DNA of 56,271 nucleotides, filler included, from Perkinsus olseni (Eukaryota): NCBI GenBank assembly GCA_013115125.1. It is 6 parts of 6 records of this genome, joined end to end, with 100 filler letters (N's around TTAATTAATTAA, not from the genome) between each part and the next. Parts side by side here need not be neighbours in the genome. Positions count along the whole stretch, not along the records: positions 47,054 to 56,271 come from JABANN010000925.1; 5 more parts are not named here. One strand, 5' to 3'. Shown piece by piece: positions 49,647 to 56,271 of this stretch (position 1 is its first letter; each line of letters starts with the position of its first letter). The notes under the pieces were generated by a model. It saw only the letters and a program-made list of their open reading frames with translations, ran no database searches and was not told where the DNA came from. The position numbers and the translations under genes were made by a program.

Positions 49647-52600
49647 GGTAATCCTACCCACACCATCGACAAGTGCAACGTCTCGGTGACTGCTTCTTGC
49701 CATCGATGTGGTCGACAAGGTCATCTCGCCTACGTCTGTCCTGATCCTCTGCCTACTGCATCACCATCGAGTAATCGTGCGAAGGGATCTAAAGGTAAAG
49801 GCAAAGGACCTGCTAAAGGCAAGGGTAAATCGACATCAACTGCGAGTGCACAGGCTACGACATCGTCGACGGCGCCTGACTTATCCAGTGCGCAATCTGC
49901 TGCGCCAGCTACTCCTAATGTCAAGATCTCTGGTGTCGATCCCAACGAGAACAACGATGCCCCTAGCGACTCTAGTGACGACGACAATGCCAATGGCGGT
50001 CAGTCCAACACTATCAGGGTGCATCAACTGACGACTACATCTACTACGACGACTGAAGAAGCCCAAGATCAAGTCAAGCTGCGACCTACTAAGCCTAAGA
50101 ATCACGTTGTGGATCATCAACGTCAAGACTGCCCGACGGTTAGATCAACGCCTATGTCATGTTCATCATCAACAACATCTACTAGGTGTGACATCGTTGT
50201 CGGCGTCATCAAGATTGGACCTGAGACTAGGCCGGTTCTGTTCGATACCGGTGCTGACATCTCACTCATCGCCATCGGCACTCTCAAGAAGATCTTCGGT
50301 GATGACTGTCCAACCTTCTCTAGGAAGACTAGATCCAACGTGAAGGTCGCCAACACTGATAGCATGGAGATCATTGGGTTTGTCGGTATACCTATCACGA
50401 GCAAGCACATCACCATCAACGAGAGGTTTGCTGTAACCGACAATTCCTTATCGAGCCCGGTGATCTTAGGATGCCCAGCTCTCAAGCAACTCCAATGCGC
50501 TATCATCTTCACGGCTACTGGTCCTGTTGTCTTCACAGGAATCGAAGATCTGAGCTCATCATTCCACAGCCAGATCTACAAGACCATCGCCAAGTCTGCC
50601 AAGAAGCGCAAGCCTATGGATGTTCAAGATGCAACTACGGTGTCCATCACTCATCAGCCTATCACTCACGTGATCCGAGCCATCAACAGCACCGATGTGA
50701 CGTCTACATGCTCAACGACGACATTCGACACTGCCCTGCATCTTGATCTACTCCATGGCGATATCTGGTGCGGTAAAATTGCCGATAAGGTCAACGCCAA
50801 CCCCAATCTGCAGTTACCCGTCCCTGACATTATCAACAGCGATCCCTACTCGGGTACGGAACCGGCGGTTGACTTACCGTACGAAGATCATCAAGTCGTC
50901 TCTGATACCATCGATAATCTTCCACCTTGGAAAATTATCAGTCGACGATGGATCTCTGACTATACTGCACCACTAGGACGTTGTCAACTATCGGTACCAT
51001 GGCTATCTCATGATCGCCCTGTTCACAACTTCCGGATCGCGGCCCGCCGAGGAGCAGCCTCAGTTCAACGACTATCGCCTGATGAAAAGGGTCTATTTCA
51101 CCAATCACTGAAGATGTTCATCGACCGGAAGTATTGTGGTATCGTGCAAGACAACTCCATCGGCAAGTACCAGATTCCACCAACATCTGACCGATGCCAA
51201 TCTGTATGGCGTGATCTACATGAGGGTACGTCTATGGCTACATCTATTGCGCCTAAGCCTATCCACTTCACGCCAAGTCACATGGTGTTCCGCAAGGATC
51301 ACTGTACAACGCCATGTCGGATCGTCCTAGACTATCGAGTACTCAATCGATATTCACATCGAGGAGGATCAACTCAACACAATCTGGTTGGCACTCTATT
51401 ATCGGTCAGATCAATGGAGTTCATGATCTCTGCTGATATATCCAAGGCCCTCTGCGAGATGTTTGCTAATCCTACTGATATCCCTTACATCGGATATACC
51501 TGTATCGGCAACTTCACTGTGCTTTGGAATCGGGTTAGCTTCGGCTCGACATGTGCTCCAGCTATGTTGGAAGCAGATCTTCATGATATATCTGATGAGA
51601 TCTACAATACCACTGTCATTGCCAAGCAACTCGATCTTACCAGACCATCGACTGCGACCATCCCAGGTCATCACCTCTCTGACGAGGATCTTGAGAAGGT
51701 TCTGCTATGCTCAACCAACGACAACCTCGACTGGATCAAGTATGGACCCCAGATCCCTCTCAACATATCAATGGTCTGGTTCGTTGATGATGTCTATGTC
51801 GGAGGAGAATCGAAGACTCACGCTATCGACTGCTATAGCTATGCCGCCCACATCTATGAGGGCCATCATAAGCTATTTGATCCCAACAAGAACTTCACAT
51901 CATGGTATGATGTTAATTGTGGTGAACATTCCGATCAACGAGAGACCTCCAAGAAGCTTCTCGGTTATCTCTTCCGACAATCAACTGGTCTCCTCCATGC
52001 TGTCTACGAGGCCGATCTCGTACCTGCAACTGGCTCTATGACCAAGAGGAAGGCAAGCTCGTACTTACTATCATTGTACGATCCCTTAGGCCTCATCCTC
52101 GAGCAGACCATGATCGGCCGATTGATCTGGAGGAGTATCACTGAAGTCACGAAGGACTGGGATGCTACTATCACCGATGATCACCGACGCCAAGTATCTG
52201 AGTGGGTTTATCACAGCAAGACTATCTGTGATGACACAAGGTATGGCGTACCCAGATTCGTCGACATTAACAACAACGTCAATTCGGTGATCCTATCGGT
52301 CGATGCATCCATCTTGGCTTGGGGTACCGACCTGAGATGTGTATCATCACCTAACGATCGCATCATGAGCAGAGCCGGATTATTCCCCAAGAATCAGAAG
52401 AAGTGGAGCATCCCCAGGAAGGAGTTGGAATCTCTATGGCGAGGATTGAAGTGGATCAAGCTATACTCAAGATATCTACCGGTGAAGACTCATCTTGGTG
52501 ACCAACAACACCGTCTACATCCACTCCGCCCTGATCCACGACCACAACAGCTCTATGTTATCACCGACTCTGAGATCAACGTGTATCGGTTGAGAAGAGT

Positions 52601-55463
52601 CTCCAATGATAAACGCCTACCTGTTGTGGAACGCCGAAGGTTGACGGAGATCCGACAACTCTGTGTCGATCTCGATGCAGTCATCTACCATGTGCCATCT
52701 GGTGTCAACCCTGCTGACTCACTCACTAGGGCCAAGCCTGGCATCTACCGGTACGATGACAAGATCGTGAACGCTATCAAGTTGGCTACGGTGATCTATG
52801 ACTACAAGGATCAGGACGCCGGTATTGACCCTCCTGACGATCCTACCACCACTCTGGATCTACCGCCTGATCAGTTCACGATCAACGCCATCATTGTCAA
52901 CCCCGATGGTATCCCCTTTCCTGATCTGACTACGCTCACTAATCAGGAACAACGAGCCGAACTAGATCGTGTTATGAGCTATGCTAAACAACAGTATACC
53001 TCTGACGATGATCGGCCCATGGACACCATCGACTTCGTCGACGCCATCAAAGCTTGTGCTCATCGATGCCAACAACTTGATGAAGATCTCCGACTTCTCA
53101 AGAAGTATCTAGAGGGCAACATCACCAACGACGATATGGGTAGCAAAGCTACCTACAGCTCGAGGTTGGCTACCATCTGTGAGTTAGATGAGAACGGCAT
53201 CGTTCGTCGACGTCTTCAACAATCTGAGTGGAAGCACATTCACGAGGACCCCAATGGTGTTATCTTCCTAGGTGGATCTTACTACGCCAAGAAGTTGATG
53301 GCCATCCTTGCCATCATATATCACTACACCTATCTGCACAAGGCTCATCAGAAGGTCACTGGTCAGATACAACGCCGATATAATGGCAAAGGTCTACCGA
53401 CTATCGTGAAGAACACCATCGCCTCGTGCATCCCCTGCCTAAGATCTAAGGCCTATCGTGGTCTTAACTACGTCTCACGATCGGTGCAAGCCTTGGCTAC
53501 CAGATCTATATGGCAAGTGTGTGGAGCTGATATCGTCGGACCTTATCAACGTGATGAGACCAATGGATCTACTACAACATCTTACAAGAGGCATATCCTT
53601 GTGGTCCACGACGCTATCACCAGCTTCACCTGTGCCCGCATTTTACAAGATGCATCTTCTCAATCGGTAGCCGACGCCTTCCACTCGATCTGGTGTGAGA
53701 TGGGAGCTCCATCTGTACTTGTAACTGATAAAGATCTATCCGCCTTTATCACTCGACAAGTCAAGTCCATGTTGATCGGCCACGGAGTACGACATCTGGT
53801 GCTGCCCCCTTACTCTCCACATCTATCATTCTGGGAGAGGATTCACAGAGACTTCGTCCAGATGGCGAGAAGTATCAGCAGTCAGGTGGGATCTGAGAAC
53901 GACTACATCAGGTCTTATCTACTAGCTATCCGTGCCTTCAACTGTACAGCTAAGGGCTGGATCCCCTTCAGTCCAGCATCTCTACACTTTACTTATCATC
54001 AACGGCTCCCCGGAGATCCAGCGGCTTCCAATGACATCGTTAACTACGACGCCTTATCGGCTGGTACCATCAACACCGATGACTTCACTTTCGCTAGATC
54101 TATGCTACCCTTCGTCAAAGAGATCCAAGACAAGGTTACATCTAGCATTGACGAGTACATCGAGTATTGGTATCACAAGCAAGCCGAGTATCGGAAGAGG
54201 ATCAACTTATCTACCGAGAAGACTTATCCCGATCCCAAGCCTTTCGACATCGTCTTCATCACCAACTACGGTGACATCAACTGGTCTATCGGCAACAAGA
54301 TGAAGTCTAGACGGGAAGGCCCCTATACCATCGCCAAGGTTCCTACATCGGCTACGGTATTGGTGGCGCCCGAGCTTATCTTACCTAACCGTAAGATATG
54401 GGAAAGAAGCAACTCATCTACTTCACGATCTTCCCCAAGATCTACTCCTGATACCAATCCCAACTCCCCTCCTGTGGACGATCACGACTACGACGAACCA
54501 AGCATCAGTACACTATTTACTGGTCAGGAGTTACAGTTGGTATCACTCAAGAACGTGGTACATGCCAAAGCCTTCCAAGATCTAGTTCGAGAACAACATC
54601 TACGAGGACAAAGGATCTACATCGATCACAAAGGTACGATCAAGTCTATTGATTCATCAGGCGACGAGCATCGAGACCTTCAACTAGTTCGAGAGCTAAG
54701 ATCAGAAGATGCCATCAAGGAAGCTATCGACAACTGGAGACGGTCTACAGCTGCTACATCCCCTACGTCCCCTGATCATGTCAACGATGAAGAACCCGAA
54801 GATCTACAAGGTGATCGACTTCCTCAAACACAAGACAGTGAGAGTGCATCTCAAGATGGTCAACAACATCAACAACAACAACAACAAGATGATAATGTTA
54901 TCCCCCAGGATGATCAACCCCATCAAGTCCAAGACGGTAACACCATCCCCTATGACGACGAACTGGATCAAACTCAAGTCATTGACAACGACACCACAAC
55001 TGATCCTATAGTACCATCAACAAGGTCCACTTCATCAAGAAAAAGACGACATCAGAGAGGAAAAGGAAAAGGTAAGGCTAAGGATCGACACGATCAAGCC
55101 CCTACAAGTATCAAGATTCCAAGACCCCTACCGACTTCTGTATCTGGCCTAAGAAGACATCTCCCCCTACTAGATCGACCAATCCTTGGTGCTATATTGA
55201 AGACCTATCCCCCTGACGGAAGCGTCGTAGTATCTATCTCAAGTTCGAGACCAAATCAAGGCGCTGCTATCGTCGCATTCTCGGACGAGGATCAAGGAAG
55301 AGTCTGCATCACCAAGATAGGAGACGATCACGCTAGGCTTCGTAAGTGCTATCCTACTGATCTCATCTACATTTGTGGATCAAGTAACGTCTTAACTAGA
55401 CAACTTAGATCATTGGTTAGAGAGCTACATCATTCCTTAGGGATCGACGATCCTTGGAAGTAG
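49647..55463 (+). CDS. pol: BEL/Pao-type Pol (knuckle, PR, RT, RNase H, IN), one uninterrupted frame
   Basis: FDTGAD; SHMVFRKDHCTTPCRIVLD; ADISKA; RVSFG; FVDD; TKRKASSYLLSLYDPLG; VDAS; SIPRKEL; HVPSGVNPADSLTR; H-H-C-C; ADIVGP; SFWER. Confidence 0.92.
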   Translation, partial: GNPTHTIDKCNVSVTASCHRCGRQGHLAYVCPDPLPTASPSSNRAKGSKGKGKGPAKGKGKSTSTASAQATTSSTAPDLSSAQSAAPATPNVKISGVDPNENNDAPSDSSDDDNANGGQSNTIRVHQLTTTSTTTTEEAQDQVKLRPTKPKNHVVDHQRQDCPTVRSTPMSCSSSTTSTRCDIVVGVIKIGPETRPVLFDTGADISLIAIGTLKKIFGDDCPTFSRKTRSNVKVANTDSMEIIGFVGIPITSKHITINERFAVTDNSLSSPVILGCPALKQLQCAIIFTATGPVVFTGIEDLSSSFHSQIYKTIAKSAKKRKPMDVQDATTVSITHQPITHVIRAINSTDVTSTCSTTTFDTALHLDLLHGDIWCGKIADKVNANPNLQLPVPDIINSDPYSGTEPAVDLPYEDHQVVSDTIDNLPPWKIISRRWISDYTAPLGRCQLSVPWLSHDRPVHNFRIAARRGAASVQRLSPDEKGLFHQSLKMFIDRKYCGIVQDNSIGKYQIPPTSDRCQSVWRDLHEGTSMATSIAPKPIHFTPSHMVFRKDHCTTPCRIVLDYRVLNRYSHRGGSTQHNLVGTLLSVRSMEFMISADISKALCEMFANPTDIPYIGYTCIGNFTVLWNRVSFGSTCAPAMLEADLHDISDEIYNTTVIAKQLDLTRPSTATIPGHHLSDEDLEKVLLCSTNDNLDWIKYGPQIPLNISMVWFVDDVYVGGESKTHAIDCYSYAAHIYEGHHKLFDPNKNFTSWYDVNCGEHSDQRETSKKLLGYLFRQSTGLLHAVYEADLVPATGSMTKRKASSYLLSLYDPLGLILEQTMIGRLIWRSITEVTKDWDATITDDHRRQVSEWVYHSKTICDDTRYGVPRFVDINNNVNSVILSVDASILAWGTDLRCVSSPNDRIMSRAGLFPKNQKKWSIPRKELESLWRGLKWIKLYSRYLPVKTHLGDQQHRLHPLRPDPRPQQLYVITDSEINVYRLRRVSNDKRLPVVERRRLTEIRQLCVDLDAVIYHVPSGVNPADSLTRAKPGIYRYDDKIVNAIKLATVIYDYKDQDAGIDPPDDPTTTLDLPPDQFTINAIIVNPDGIPFPDLTTLTNQEQRAELDRVMSYAKQQYTSDDDRPMDTIDFVDAIKACAHRCQQLDEDLRLLKKYLEGNITNDDMGSKATYSSRLATICELDENGIVRRRLQQSEWKHIHEDPNGVIFLGGSYYAKKLMAILAIIYHYTYLHKAHQKVTGQIQRRYNGKGLPTIVKNTIASCIPCLRSKAYRGLNYVSRSVQALATRSIWQVCGADIVGPYQRDETNGSTTTSYKRHILVVHDAITSFTCARILQDASSQSVADAFHSIWCEMGAPSVLVTDKDLSAFITRQVKSMLIGHGVRHLVLPPYSPHLSFWERIHRDFVQMARSISSQVGSENDYIRSYLLAIRAFNCTAKGWIPFSPASLHFTYHQRLPGDPAASNDIVNYDALSAGTINTDDFTFARSMLPFVKEIQDKVTSSIDEYIEYWYHKQAEYRKRINLSTEKTYPDPKPFDIVFITNYGDINWSIGNKMKSRREGPYTIAKVPTSATVLVAPELILPNRKIWERSNSSTSRSSPRSTPDTNPNSPPVDDHDYDEPSISTLFTGQELQLVSLKNVVHAKAFQDLVREQHLRGQRIYIDHKGTIKSIDSSGDEHRDLQLVRELRSEDAIKEAIDNWRRSTAATSPTSPDHVNDEEPEDLQGDRLPQTQDSESASQDGQQHQQQQQQDDNVIPQDDQPHQVQDGNTIPYDDELDQTQVIDNDTTTDPIVPSTRSTSSRKRRHQRGKGKGKAKDRHDQAPTSIKIPRPLPTSVSGLRRHLPLLDRPILGAILKTYPPDGSVVVSISSSRPNQGAAIVAFSDEDQGRVCITKIGDDHARLRKCYPTDLIYICGSSNVLTRQLRSLVRELHHSLGIDDPWK

Positions 55464-56271
55464 TTCAATGAGATCACTAAGTCGATAGATCTAATTAAGG
55501 TTTTGTTGTACTATCGACGCTAGATATGCGCGCACTTTAGCTATTAGCGTGATCTATATCATTGTAGTAGCACCTAGACTAAGATTGCATCATTCTTGAA
55601 CGTTATGCTCTATCACGATTAAGCCTGTGTATTGCTCCTTGCCATCTGCGCCTGGCGCGTTATATCGATCGTGCGATCTATTTTGTCCCTCTAGCCCCAC
55701 GTCACAAGGGCCGGTGATCGACCGCTCTTTCGCGCGTATCGTATTTACCGGCTTTATCGTGTGAGCTGACGTCTTGTAGTAATAGTGTTATCTTCCTTGT
55801 ATCTTTCCTCACAGCATCTATGTCCTCCGCTCTAGTGGCTATCGCTGACGACGCAATATCGGCTGAATGAAGATATCGCGGAGATCTTCTACAAGACCGG
55901 TCCCATCAATCTGATTTCTGACGATCACCAAGTTGCTCGGTGGTATGAGAGTCTATGAGACGATCGAGAATGGCATCTTTACGACTATCTCTTCCTTCAA
56001 GATCAGCAACGACGACCCCAAAAGAGTTGATCTGTTTGGTATCTTCTACATCTTCATAGAGGCCAATCTTGCAGCGAAGATCACCATCTTTCTCGTCATC
56101 AAGAGCCGAGGATTAAGGATCGAGATGAGTGAGGATCAGAACTTCTATTTTGTCGATTTGAGTATCAATATTATCGGTGGGTATTGCCGCGCCGCCACTG
56201 TGAACGGCGGGAAAGCGAAGCGTATCTTTTTCCTTGCATTTATTTTTATCGGCGCACTTTGTTATCGCGCG

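Overview
This is eukaryotic DNA, most likely from a Perkinsus-like alveolate. That assignment is inferred from the short GT-AG introns, the RAP-domain gene and the Cys-rich secreted protein. The window is not one locus. It is six unrelated ~9.2-9.4 kb scaffolds in decreasing size order, joined by artificial 100-nt N44-TTAATTAATTAA-N44 linkers at 9359-9458, 18804-18903, 28239-28338, 37613-37712 and 46954-47053. Scaffold 1 holds the 3' end of a PP2C gene, a 941-bp foldback/Mutator-like non-autonomous element and decayed repeats. Scaffold 2 holds a secreted Cys-rich/Thr-Pro mucin-like gene and a complete, young 4.77-kb LTR retrotransposon (201-bp LTRs, GGAGC TSD). Scaffold 3 is microsatellite-rich and gene-dense: DPH2, a RAP protein, threonine dehydrogenase, a Tctex-1 dynein light chain and FPP synthase. 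Scaffold 4 holds a complete 6.4-kb hAT transposon (TIRs, 8-bp TSD, spliced DDE transposase), followed by a truncated gag-protease. The hAT carries an intron-containing ArfGAP gene lacking its catalytic Arg, plus a 179-bp tandem array. Scaffold 5 holds RFT1, hypothetical genes and eEFSec. Scaffold 6 holds a BEL/Pao-type retrotransposon with an intact 1925-codon pol. The most notable candidates are the hAT cargo system and the BEL/Pao element in an apparent protist.
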